A stretch of 64,000 nucleotides of DNA from Candidatus Pacearchaeota archaeon (GCA_023144035.1 JAGLGM010000001.1:65091-129090), one strand, 5' to 3'; counted from the first letter of the stretch, positions 23,101 through 29,608 are shown. Notes: generated by a model not told the origin, from the letters alone. Numbers and translations: made by a program.

Positions 23101-26100
23101 GCATAATAACCAATACCTAAAGAATATTGAGTATCAGAACCTGATAATTTTCCAACTCCAAAACTCTTATTTGTTTCAAAATATTCTATAAAATCATCAC
23201 CACCAAATTTATATGTTTGGTCATTTGGAATTGTTAATCCTCCTGTGAAGTTTCCATCTCCAATTACATTTAAGGTGTTTTGAGGACTTGTCGTCCCAAC
23301 TCCTAAATAACCTGAACTAAAATCCCCCTGTATCAAAGGAACAGCATTTACATTATCCATTTTTAAAATAAATTGATTATCTAAAATATTATTTTCTCCT
23401 GCTTCGTGACCAATGAAAACTCCACTATCTCCTGTATTATTATAACCTGCTTGATATCCCATTGCAGTTTGATAAGTTCCTGTGTTTAAACGACCTGTTT
23501 CATAACCTATTGCTGATTGATAAACTCCTGAATTTTGATAACCTGCTTGATAACCTATTGCTGATTGAGAACTCCCTGTATTATAACGACCTGCTTGAGA
23601 ACCTATTGCTACTTGATTATTTCCTTCATTTCCATATCCAGCATAATAACCTATTGCTAATTGTAGACTTCCTGTGTTTGAATGACCTGTATAAAGCCCC
23701 ATTACAACTTGATTATCTCCTGTGTTTGAATGACCTGCAAAATAACCTACTGCTGATTGAGAACTCCCTGTATTTTGATAACCTGCCCAATAACCCAATG
23801 CTGATTGCCCTAAACCTTCATTTTCAAAACCTGCTTGATAACCTATTACTGTTTGACGAATACCTATATTTTGATAACCAGCATAATCTCCTATTGCTAA
23901 AGAACGCAAAGTATCAGAACCTGCTAATTTTCCAACTCCAAAACTATTATTTGTTTCAAAATATTCTATAAAATCATCACCACCAAATTTATATGTTTGG
24001 TCATTTGGAATTGTTAATCCTCCTGTGAAGTTTCCATCTCCAATTACATTTAAAGTATTCTGAGGACTTGTCGTACCGATACCTACATTCCCAGAACTAA
24101 AATCCCCCTGAATCAAAGGAACAGCATTTACATTTGCTTGTTGAACTATGAATTGGTCATCTAAAACATTATTCTTTCCAGCTTGATAACCTATTGCTAC
24201 AACATCATTCCCTTTATTATTTTCCCCTGCTTCATATCCTATTGCAGAAACCTGATTACCAGTATTATTCTTTGAAGCATCAGCCCCTATTCCTATAACA
24301 TTATCTCCTGTTTGTAATTGTCCAGCATAATAACCTACTGCAGTTAATTTATCTCCTTCATTTCCATATCCAGCATATTGTCCAACAGAAGTTAAATAAT
24401 TTCCAATATTTAAACGACCAGCATAATTTCCCACAGAAGTCATATAAGTTCCTGTATTAGAAAATCCAGCATAAGCACCAATTGCTAATTGATTAACACC
24501 ACTATTTACCCTTCCTGCTTGATTACCTATTGCTACTTGATTAGCACCAGAATTGGCAACACCTGCATAATAACCTATTGCAACCTCATCTTCCCCAGTA
24601 TTACTACTACCTGCAAAATAACCAATTGCTACTTGATTAGCACCAGAGCTTGAATCACCAGCTCTATAACCTACTGCTGTTTGTTTTGTTAAACCTAATG
24701 TACCTGCATCATCTCCTACAAAAGTATTAGCATAAACTGCATCTGTTCCTTTATCTAATCTTAAGGCAGTAAATCCATCATATAAATAAGCAGAATTATT
24801 ATCTATGTTTATATTGCCAACAACATCTAAATCATAAGAAGGACTATCTGTCCCTATCCCAACACTATCTCCACTATTAGTTAAAAAAACATCAGTTCCT
24901 GCCCTACTCCAAGTTGAAGTATTACCTTCCATTGTTCCAGTAAAATTACCAAAGAAATTATCTGCTGTAACATTTCCATCTACAACCACATTTTCATTAA
25001 AAGTAACTTCTGAATCTGTTACTTCAACTACATTTTCATCATTTGCAATTAAATGCAAACTTGAAGTCCCATAACCTAATCCATAACTTGTCTCCTCTTG
25101 ATTAGGTATAATTGTAGGATTTGTGCTTGAAGTTTCCTCATTAAGAATTGCTCCACTTTTAACAATATTTCCTGAAAGAAAATTCCCTGAAACACTCCCA
25201 AAAGTCACATTACTTGTAAAATTCGCAGGTTTCCAACCAGTTATTTGCGAAGAAGTTAATTCTAAAATATTAGTATCTCCAGCAATAATATTAACACTTG
25301 AACTCCCATAACCTATTCCATAACCTGTTTCTCCTTTATTTGGAAGAATTGTAGGAACAGTTGAAGTAGATTGAACATTAACAAACCCATATGAACCAGC
25401 CACAACACCAGTCAAACTCCCTTGAACAGTCATATCTTGAGTAATATTTACTGAAGAACTATTAAATTCAGCAACATTTATAGAATCAGCAATTAAATGA
25501 ATGCTTTGAGAACCATACCCCAGACCATAACCTGTTTCCCCTTGATTAGGCACAATAGTAGGATTTGTACTTGAAGACCCCTCATTAAGAATTGCTCCAC
25601 TTGTAGCCTCACTTCCTCTTAAAAAATCCCCTCCAAAAGTTACATTTCCTGTGAAGTTTCCATCTCCAATTACATTTAAGGTGTTTTGGGGGTCAGTAGT
25701 TCCAATACCAACTCTCGCAATTCCACCAGTTTCATTAATATTTAATCCATTTACTCCACCAGCAACTAAAGATAATGTATCTTCTCCTGCCCATCCAATA
25801 CCTGTATCTATATCTCCTCTACTTGGTTCTATTGAAGGATAATAAGAAGTTGCTCCTGCTGATTTAAGTCTTGGTCCGCTACTATCTGAAGAATAAAAAC
25901 CCCCTGCAGCAAACCAAAACCTTACACTTCCAGCAGCAAATACTCCTAAAACATCATCTCCATACCTTTCTCCAAAACCAGTATCCCCATCTCCAAATGA
26001 AATAACTGGTTCATTAATTCCAGTATTTGATAAAGATATTTTAGATGCATATAAATCCCCAGTAAAATTCCCATCTCCAATTACATTTAAAGCACTTAGA

Positions 26101-26789
26101 GGATTATCTGTCCCTATCCCAACATTATCACCAATATTAGTTAGAAAAACATCAGTTCCTGCCCTACTCCAAGTTGAAGTATTACCTTCCATTGTTCCAG
26201 TAAAATTACCAAAGAAATTATCTGCTGTGATATTTCCAGTAGTAGTTATATTTCCTATTCCAATAACTTCTCCACTAAAATCTAAATCAGTCACAAACAA
26301 CTTAGAAATCCTTGAAGTTAAACTTCCAAGAAACCCAAAAAAACCAGTACCAGTTGTAGTCACATTATAAGCACCCATATCAAGATTTTGATCTATTTCA
26401 ACTCCACTCAAAGTTATATTCTGTGCTCTAAAAGAATAAGGAGTCCGAGCAATTTTTGAAGAGTCCTTTAAAGCACCATCTCTGTAATAACAAAGATAAT
26501 ATTGCTCATCATAATCAAGAGTAACACTTGGAAGATAATATGAAATTATCCCACGCGTATCAGTTAAAAGAGTTGTAGAATTAGTATAAATTATATTGTC
26601 ACAAGTAGAAGTTGTTGAAATATTAAATACAAAATCAAAAGTCCCTGTAGTAATTGTTCCATTATCAAATGTTGTTTGAATATTTAAATGAATGTCATCA
26701 GTAATTACAGCAGCCATTGTAAAAGAAATTGAAAGAGTTATAACTAAAGTTATTACTAAAATATTATAAAAATGCCTTATTAACTTCAT
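11151..26789 (-). CDS. Giant (5212 aa) secreted fibre/adhesin with C-terminal peptidase S74-like intramolecular chaperone
   Basis: N-terminal hydrophobic signal; many GNVGIGT.P units; seven blocks of 14-aa GYxAGxxNxG repeats; C-terminal SSIRWKENI...IGFIAEE...VPE followed by coiled coil. Confidence 0.9.
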   Translation of the reverse strand: MKLIRHFYNILVITLVITLSISFTMAAVITDDIHLNIQTTFDNGTITTGTFDFVFNISTTSTCDNIIYTNSTTLLTDTRGIISYYLPSVTLDYDEQYYLCYYRDGALKDSSKIARTPYSFRAQNITLSGVEIDQNLDMGAYNVTTTGTGFFGFLGSLTSRISKLFVTDLDFSGEVIGIGNITTTGNITADNFFGNFTGTMEGNTSTWSRAGTDVFLTNIGDNVGIGTDNPLSALNVIGDGNFTGDLYASKISLSNTGINEPVISFGDGDTGFGERYGDDVLGVFAAGSVRFWFAAGGFYSSDSSGPRLKSAGATSYYPSIEPSRGDIDTGIGWAGEDTLSLVAGGVNGLNINETGGIARVGIGTTDPQNTLNVIGDGNFTGNVTFGGDFLRGSEATSGAILNEGSSSTNPTIVPNQGETGYGLGYGSQSIHLIADSINVAEFNSSSVNITQDMTVQGSLTGVVAGSYGFVNVQSTSTVPTILPNKGETGYGIGYGSSSVNIIAGDTNILELTSSQITGWKPANFTSNVTFGSVSGNFLSGNIVKSGAILNEETSSTNPTIIPNQEETSYGLGYGTSSLHLIANDENVVEVTDSEVTFNENVVVDGNVTADNFFGNFTGTMEGNTSTWSRAGTDVFLTNSGDSVGIGTDSPSYDLDVVGNINIDNNSAYLYDGFTALRLDKGTDAVYANTFVGDDAGTLGLTKQTAVGYRAGDSSSGANQVAIGYFAGSSNTGEDEVAIGYYAGVANSGANQVAIGNQAGRVNSGVNQLAIGAYAGFSNTGTYMTSVGNYAGRLNIGNYLTSVGQYAGYGNEGDKLTAVGYYAGQLQTGDNVIGIGADASKNNTGNQVSAIGYEAGENNKGNDVVAIGYQAGKNNVLDDQFIVQQANVNAVPLIQGDFSSGNVGIGTTSPQNTLNVIGDGNFTGGLTIPNDQTYKFGGDDFIEYFETNNSFGVGKLAGSDTLRSLAIGDYAGYQNIGIRQTVIGYQAGFENEGLGQSALGYWAGYQNTGSSQSAVGYFAGHSNTGDNQVVMGLYTGHSNTGSLQLAIGYYAGYGNEGNNQVAIGSQAGRYNTGSSQSAIGYQAGYQNSGVYQSAIGYETGRLNTGTYQTAMGYQAGYNNTGDSGVFIGHEAGENNILDNQFILKMDNVNAVPLIQGDFSSGYLGVGTTSPQNTLNVIGDGNFTGGLTIPNDQTYKFGGDDFIEYFETNKSFGVGKLSGSDTQYSLGIGYYAGYLNTGTNQVAIGYRAGYENEGYGQSAIGFYTGYQNTGTFQSAIGVNAGRSNTGNYQSAIGNQAGQLNEGGYQTAMGYLAGYENTGDYQAAIGSNAGHDNTGHRVTGLGAEATRNNTGDDVVALGYEAGENNVLDDQFIVQQANVNAVPLIQGDFSSGNVSIAGNVTASNFFGTFSGNTSTWSRAGTDVFLTNIGDNVGIGTDNPGEELEVIGSIKSTNFNWSDSLKSTVVGSSTGDILTQTTLLGYQTGFSNTGAYSSGVGYQALAFNSGTYSNAFGIGALHTNTGTGSNAVGYRAGYKNTGSLSTFFGHSSGSENTGASVSLFGYQAGFENIGESLVSIGYNSGYKNTGAFVTSIGYNAGYLNTGLRVTGISYQAGYNNTGDDGVFIGYEAGENNVLDDQFIVQQANVNAVPLIQGDFSSGNVSIAGNVTASNFFGTFSGNTSTWSRAGTDVFLTNTGDSVGIGTDSPDYKLEVDGQIYSSNFRFNDTLKSLSVGTLSGNPTSQSTYFGYLAGDGNTGNDVTAVGYRAGDGNTGGRNVLIGTWAGYSSPGVYSVGVGYQALNHNEGQYVTAVGYRAGGYQLGNSIVAFGSNSAYQNEGFSVTAIGGSSAFRNSGNSITVFGYEAGYNNTGDDVVAIGYQAGYYNNDSNQFIVQQANVNAVPLIQGDFSSGNVSIAGNVTGNWFNGLFNWTTDTWSDFNGYNLTFNESKLDELLLGDVWFFVTETVVYGTPEGSLTSTQQYNNYDAVTYNLTEVVPQGLEYYANTTANVSSEVNRICVRYISDNEDFDLAIWDTGGYWEDYITFRSGETFRWACADMRDASDHLIDDKIMIKITHNNGANVQHKLRIDAMYVSSGYTPKIGNEVDPLSFHMHENINHTGYNITSDYGFFEKVGINTTTPQNTLNVIGDGNFTGGLTIPNDQTYKFGGDDFIEYFETNNSFGVGKSAGSDTLISLAIGYYAGYQNTGTYQTAIGYQAGKSNTGTIQTAIGYYAGNSNTGINQVVIGHSAGYQNTGSSQSALGYNAGRQNSGAYQSAIGYLAGRENTGSFQTVIGYYAGYLNTGHRVTGIGYYATQNNTGDDVVALGYQAGLNNVLDDQFIVQQANVNAVPLIQGDFSSGNVSIAGNVTASNFFGTFSGNTSTWSRAGTDVFLTNSGDNVGIGTDNPSVKLEVSQSVDGKGIQLNGYDDKSAENVQMYVNSVGQGIIMGTNALTFVGNSALILRSTGGNINFDTGDVFYWRDSDDGYTQRMRLASATGVLDLWDSSLNNNVRINPNGNSYINSGNVGINTSTPQNTLNVIGDGNFTGNFSVDNTDLFVDSSTGNVGIGTSTPTRNLDLFESGGGSLHVRFSNDDTGVGSSDGVLFGMSTVEELIFWNYEDTNMRFATNGLERMRIDNTGNVGINTLTPQNTLNVIGDGNFTGGLTIPNDQTYKFGGDDFIEYFETNNSFGIGKLAGSDTLYSLAIGYQAGFSNTGNRQIAIGYQAGLSNTGNQQSAVGYRTGQANTGFNQAALGAYSGYLNTGDYQSAIGYYAGYQNNGTSQVAIGYYAGYDNKADYQSVFGLNAGRENEGVGQSAIGYYAGYSNIGSNQVVFGPYSGHSNTGINQVAIGYQAGYSNQGAYQSTIGFRAGYSNEGSNAIGIGYEAGRLNTGHTITGIGYQAGYNNTGDDVVALGYQAGLNNVLSNQFIVQQANVNAVPLIQGDFSSGNVSIAGNVTASNFFGTFSGNTSTWSRAGTDVFLTNSGDNVGIGTDNPQSLLNLNGTLGSLSGGLTFGDGDTGFYESLDDRLNFVLGGVAKFALKNNRYFGSNVAYGGSLKAEAPTLASLTITFEGDENTGIATAIDGTPDQLSLVAGGVEGIRIDETGGVARVGINTTTPQNTLNVIGDGNFTGNFSVDNTDLFVDSSTGNVGIGTSSPEDKLHIIDTTSGNNIQIFSIEGNQGEIKMKSDDLYDRMSFGLVHNTIPTSGRGVFYTSISGETYARFNFDGVGKLGWGAGSTDIDVDLYRDSADKLRTSDTLIVDGNVGIGTDNPERILHISGSDNIRSRVDTTSNDGSAGFLFNAPANGSDSQLNFATHSDGYAAVPNYAGKGGIQSSGGNLFLTAYTPSTDIEFYVGGRTDSHLRMILKDGGNIGINTATPQNTLNVIGDGNFTGNVTSQVDFCIEGGNCLSSVSGSGSDATWLANWTAYNTTWSSGGDVTWLANWTAYNTTWSSTTNTSYALVNEPLWSSNYTAYNNSWSQGSTWVSNWTAYNTTWSSTTNTSYVPYTGANTNLVLGDNNLSVGGTDFFVNNNDGNVGIGTDNPDTILHLKDSDTHITLQSTGVLDASYGYTIVKDGNGDTIGFSGFDSGSNSDYTIRTTDVADGIEFQTNGSNSRMYINQAGNVGIGTDSPDYNLEIEDATAQIGLTSTDTNGIPFRFLSDDDGSQGRFRLREEGVSASTIMTWLENQNIGIGTDIPGTKLEVNGDIGIGRIAGGYTFRETVGGVERAGIHSDATNELIFKYGAAAEGMRIDSAGNVGIGTDSPGDLLELKKTTAAPNLILNRVQELGDDYSVGGIQFKAKDSTVAAIYSHISGTIEDSAVLLFVTSTGGSISEQMRIDKDGNVGIGTTSPGLNLFGSTGDMTGLTQHIYNSGGNANLVMEGDSVNVIYGDLGGGADDKGILFNVNGGIAKYTSLTDAIGTRVDNILVMDLGTGNVGIGTSSPEASLSIKAPSASNTPGASRLLEFREAGGAGSDWFSFRETAGADLVLDRSPDAGSSWYAIMHWDVNTGNVGIGTTSPQNTLNVIGDGNFTGTIYSNENAVLTSYTETDPYWTGNKSLVAFLGEAETITADWDNTANPWAVNEVHADLLTATEGDAAYAPIGEPLWSANYSARTGTGDVVFSTSPTFVTGITVPANSISDDELNEGATFEWTAAHTFSSTAPITMASGTDIRWVDTGTYIDGTATGMVIESDDTLAMNADTSVTITSPASSFSGDLTVTGGDITFGGTAISESDVGIIDDGTITLTSEVTGTLPVANGGTGLTASVEDSIMVGSGTSTWQTKAIPDCTSGKLLYTVSSNTFSCGTDAIDGGDANLLDGLDATHFYNASNPEGYTSNTGDITGITTTAGTSGLNGGCTSGTCALTFDATDVDGTGLTGSGSVLSVDLGTAIDYTEITVMTEANLYTLLNDVTEFWENGDSVTGAVGANEVWAVGWDGDTSVPEKDDIYDWASGVTTTEMDYLQGVSSDIQTQINTKGATLTDEASLYATLSDVTQFWENGDSVTGAVGANEVWAVGWDGDTSVPEKDDIYDWASGVTTTEMDYLQGVSSDIQTQINTKGATLTDEASLYATLSDVTEFYESGDKVGDADTLDTMDSLDFVAVIGDTMTGDLRIDKADATIYFDTSGTGDAAIRVSGEDLQFIEPEDGNKVWGYFDDDVGLYLTGAPNLNAAGTGTFGGDLVVDTSDLFVDSSTSRVGIGTDSPLNPLHVIGTTNVSGGDLYVDGGDKPIVIYGGYYSAFSDGTIIRMMGMDGTKMLLGPVEDTDAELQIYVGGGYKHSFDIDGKVGINTITPQNILNVVGDGNFTGNFSVDNTDLFVDTSTNRVGIGTANPTEKLHVVGSQIIDPNAAAVGLKIFGDSTFRATFYQDANDIFNIYNYDEDAPAIADLNLGKSSGNAGLYYDASADKWGIGTNSPNALLSLSSAGGANMLSLTDTETTETAANPILSFYYGATPTRLGYIGFGSESHSDLFLNSDLAGIRMRDSTGEVFYINNGNVGIGDTTPLSRLRIGNSGTDASTYSVYIHDGDNTGIYSYGTTYGVYGSGGTTGVYGIGTATGVYGDGNTGMYGTGTTYGVYGDGGTADFYSPHNTYGFGSSIRWKENITEINSQIALDKILNIEGSYFNWKDTGNHDIGFIAEELGKIVPEAIIYENASNSSNWYIDKNGTKMLYATGVRSGYLTPILVQATKGQQELIISQNNTINQLLLDNQAMKKSLCNLGAKEWC
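13096..13595. repeat. Near-perfect 246-bp tandem duplication inside the giant gene
   Basis: 13096-13339 matches 13342-13585; encodes an 82-aa unit (FWENGDSVTGAVGANEVW...LYATLSDVT) twice. Confidence 0.93.
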
Positions 26790-27182
26790 CTTTTTTTAAC
26801 TTTTTTTTCAACTGGTTTTCTAACTGGTTTTTTGAGTTTTGAAATAGGATATTTTTTGAAAATTATCTCTTTTTTTTTCACAGAAAGATACCAAACGCTT
26901 GTCATAATATAATATCATAATTATACTATATTATATACTAGGTACTAACTTGGTCCCAAAAGAAAGTAACTTAGGCCCAAAGTGTAAGAAACAAAAAACA
27001 GAAAACTAATTTTACCGACGGTAAGAAACAAAAATGGAAACTTTTCCTACATTTATCTTACATATTAATCTTGTAGGGAAAAAGAAAACCCCTCTTTACT
27101 TACTACTTCTAATAATTTATAATTTGTAATAAGATTTATAAAAGAGAATTCCTTATATTTATTGTATCAAAAAGAGGATAAG

Positions 27183-27371
27183 ATGAAGCAACCAGTTAAA
27201 ATTTATTTAGATTCTGAAACAAAAAAGAAGTTACTGCAAAAAGTAAGTGAAACAGGATTCTCAGGCAGAGGTGCATTAACAAAATTTGTAGAAAAAGTTG
27301 CAGCTGAAGACATTTGTTTTCTTGATGAAAATTTAAAAAAAATGTTAAAAACTCTTTTCCCAAGCAAATAA
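27183..27371 (+). CDS. Small RHH/CopG-like DNA-binding protein
   Basis: PVKIYLDSETKKKL beta-helix-helix pattern; divergent from the giant gene; GAGG SD before ATG 27183. Confidence 0.55.
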   Translation: MKQPVKIYLDSETKKKLLQKVSETGFSGRGALTKFVEKVAAEDICFLDENLKKMLKTLFPSK

Positions 27372-27488
27372 TCTTTCTTAAGAACTTTTAAATATACTAA
27401 AAATATCAATCTTTTATGAGCTTATAGCTTAGCCTGGTTAAACTGAAATTAAAATTTAGTAATCATTCTGGCTATAACAAACACTGAA

Positions 27489-27609
27489 GAGCCTATAGCT
27501 CAGCCTGGTTAGAGCGCTGGTCTTATATGAATGCAGTCCATGAGGATTGTTCTCTTTTGGATTCGTCTAAGAGAGCCAGAGGTCCTCGGTTCAAATCCGA
27601 GTAGGCTCA
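27489..27609 (+). tRNA. tRNA-Ile(UAU) with 46-nt intron (27528-27573)
   Basis: Acceptor GAGCCTA/TAGGCTC; anticodon arm CTGGT-CT-TAT-A|intron|A-GCCAG; T-loop TTCAAAT; BHB helix CTTA/TAAG. Confidence 0.9.
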
Positions 27610-27807
27610 TTATGCGAAGTTACCACCTACAAGCATCCATGAAATAGGTAACTATGTGAAATGTTGCTTTCATTGAGCATTCGAACTTGTTTGATAAGAA
27701 AAGACATTGTGAAATATGGATTTGAAACACTTGCGATTTAGTGCCTTAATTTATTCAATTCCTTAATAAAAAGAAAAGTTTAAATAAGTGCATTCACTTA
27801 TTTTCAT

Positions 27808-28038
27808 ATGACAAATATAACTCTTTCAATTGATAATGAAGTTTACAATAAAATGCGTAAATTTTCTGAGATAAAATGGAGTGAATTTGTAAGAAAAATT
27901 ATTAAACAACGAATTGATGAAATGGAAAAAATAGATAAAGAAGGCTGGAAAAACGCAAAATTTTTAGGAGATGAAAAATTATTAGAACAATCATGGTCCT
28001 CAAAAGAAGATGAAAAAGCTTTCTCTTATTTGCAATGA
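27808..28038 (+). CDS. Ribbon-helix-helix antitoxin
   Basis: MTNITLSI...EIKWSEFVRK, homologous to 4015-4245; C-terminal WSSKEDEKAF; operator AAATAAGTG-catt-CACTTATTT at 27782-27803. Confidence 0.8.
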   Translation: MTNITLSIDNEVYNKMRKFSEIKWSEFVRKIIKQRIDEMEKIDKEGWKNAKFLGDEKLLEQSWSSKEDEKAFSYLQ

Positions 28039-28364
28039 AATTAAAAAGATTTGATATAGTTCTTGTTGATTTTCCTTTTAGTGATTTAAAAAAAACAAAG
28101 AAAAGACCAGCAATGGTTATCAATTCTTTAGAAGGAGAAAATTCAATTTTATGTCAAATTACTACAAAAAATAGAAAAATTAAAAAATATGAAATACAAC
28201 TTAAAAAAGAATATTGTGAAGGAGAAATACAATTTGATTCACTAATTTATGTTGATATGATTTTTACATTACACAAAAGTCTTATTTACAGAAAAATTGG
28301 AGAAATAAAAGATATCCAAACAAAAGAAGAGATTAACAATAAAATTAAATTAACTTTAAAATAA
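28035..28364 (+). CDS. MazF/PemK-family toxin
   Basis: [12 protein letters not shown]...KKRPAMVI and ILCQITT motifs. Confidence 0.9.
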   Translation: MKLKRFDIVLVDFPFSDLKKTKKRPAMVINSLEGENSILCQITTKNRKIKKYEIQLKKEYCEGEIQFDSLIYVDMIFTLHKSLIYRKIGEIKDIQTKEEINNKIKLTLK

Positions 28365-28365
28365 A

Positions 28366-28563
28366 ATGGCAAAACATAAAAAACTGTATAGAAATACAAA
28401 GAATAAAATGATTGCTGGAGTTTGTTCAGGAATAGCAGAATATTTAGACGCAGATCCTACAATTGTAAGATTAATTTGGGCAATTGCAACTCTAATCTCA
28501 ATAGGAGCAGGTATAATTGCATATTTAATAGCATGGATAATTGTCCCAGAAAAAACAAAATAA
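28366..28563 (+). CDS. pspC: PspC-domain membrane protein
   Basis: KLYR...[13 protein letters not shown]...DPT.VRL...[10 protein letters not shown]. Confidence 0.92.
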   Translation: MAKHKKLYRNTKNKMIAGVCSGIAEYLDADPTIVRLIWAIATLISIGAGIIAYLIAWIIVPEKTK

Positions 28564-28672
28564 GTTATCTTTAAAAACTAATTTTTTGTATATAACATAT
28601 GACAAAGGTTGTCTATCAGGCATGACCTTATATTAAAGGAAGATTATGCAAAAGAAACCTTGATGTCTTTAC

Positions 28673-28790
28673 GCCCCTATAGTTCAGTGGCCAAGAATGC
28701 TGCCCTTTCAGACTGAAACTTTGTTTCATCTTCCCTTAAAAAAGGAAGTAAAGAAAGGCAGTGACCCGAGTTCGAATCTCGGTAGGGGCG
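28673..28790 (+). tRNA. tRNA-Glu(UUC) with 45-nt intron (28711-28755)
   Basis: GCCCCTA/TAGGGGC acceptor; CTGCC-CT-TTC-A|intron|A-GGCAG; BHB helix CTTT/AAAG. Confidence 0.93.
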
Positions 28791-28835
28791 TTTCTAAAGA
28801 AAAAACCTTAAAATTGCAAGATTCTTGGATTATTT

Positions 28836-29117
28836 ATGAAAAAATTTGATGAATTAAAATATTGGTTGGATTTAAATGAACATATTAAAACTGCTTTGGC
28901 TTCGGCTGGTCTTGGAATTGCTATAGTTGGATTGAATTCATTGACACAAAACCCCACTTTGAAAGTTCTTACTATAATCGCTTTAGTTTTTTCAATTAGC
29001 ATAATAATTATGCAATTAATTTTAGGATTTAGGCAAATAAAAAGAGATTGCAAATTAAGAAAAGAATACAAAGTAAAATATCAAAGGCAATTGGATAATT
29101 TAAAAAGAACCGGTTAA
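28836..29117 (+). CDS. Small two-TM membrane protein
   Basis: Two hydrophobic stretches and a basic C-terminus. Confidence 0.55.
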   Translation: MKKFDELKYWLDLNEHIKTALASAGLGIAIVGLNSLTQNPTLKVLTIIALVFSISIIIMQLILGFRQIKRDCKLRKEYKVKYQRQLDNLKRTG

Positions 29118-29242
29118 AAATGAATAACTACTTACTCACAAGTTTAATCACCTTAATTTATACTTTTTGAATTTGGAGAAGATTAATTCCTTCTTTTTTC
29201 TTAATAAGATAATATTAAATATGATAAGAATATCTTAATTTA

Positions 29243-29608
29243 ATGTGTAAAAATTATATTGATTTTATAAATAAAGAGTTTAAAAAATGTTCGGCAGAAG
29301 AAATTGAAATTGGAAAAACAGCAGAATTCCATATTAAAAGAGGTAGAAAATCTCTTTCTGAAATAAAAAAAGAGCTTTTAAATTGCAATTCTCTTAAAGT
29401 TGCTAACAAAGAAAAAATATCAGGAGAAACAAGATACACTCTTTATTTTATTTACACAAGAAGAAAAGGAACAAGATATACAATTACATTTAGAGGGGAG
29501 AAGATAAGATTAATAACTACAATTCCTCTAGGAAAAAAGAGTATTCAAAAAGCAGAGAAAAAGTTGAAAAAAACATTTAAAAAGACGAATCCCTTTAATT
29601 TAAAATGA
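29243..29608 (+). CDS. Putative BrnT/DUF4258-like RNase toxin
   Basis: Basic 121 aa with RYTLYF...IRLITTIP beta-meander; coupled to a DUF2283-like gene. Confidence 0.5.
   Translation: MCKNYIDFINKEFKKCSAEEIEIGKTAEFHIKRGRKSLSEIKKELLNCNSLKVANKEKISGETRYTLYFIYTRRKGTRYTITFRGEKIRLITTIPLGKKSIQKAEKKLKKTFKKTNPFNLK

Noticed and set aside
11499-25842. Short opposite-strand or alternate-frame ORFs within the giant gene (e.g. 23462-23971, 22826-23080)
   Set aside because: Shadows of the repetitive coding sequence, with non-ATG starts and periodic Leu/Asp/Asn composition.
17360-26260. Diversity-generating retroelement or CRISPR array, suggested by the many near-identical repeats
   Set aside because: The repeats are in-frame coding linkers with irregular spacing, and the differences I checked were mostly synonymous rather than adenine-specific. 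No reverse transcriptase or cas gene is in the window.
11151-26789. Prophage, suggested by tail-fibre repeats and the S74 domain
   Set aside because: The protein has a signal peptide, and no capsid, terminase, portal or integrase gene is recognisable nearby.
27610-27620. Complete chromosomal dif site
   Set aside because: Only one XerC-like arm is present; no inverted partner arm at 6-bp spacing.
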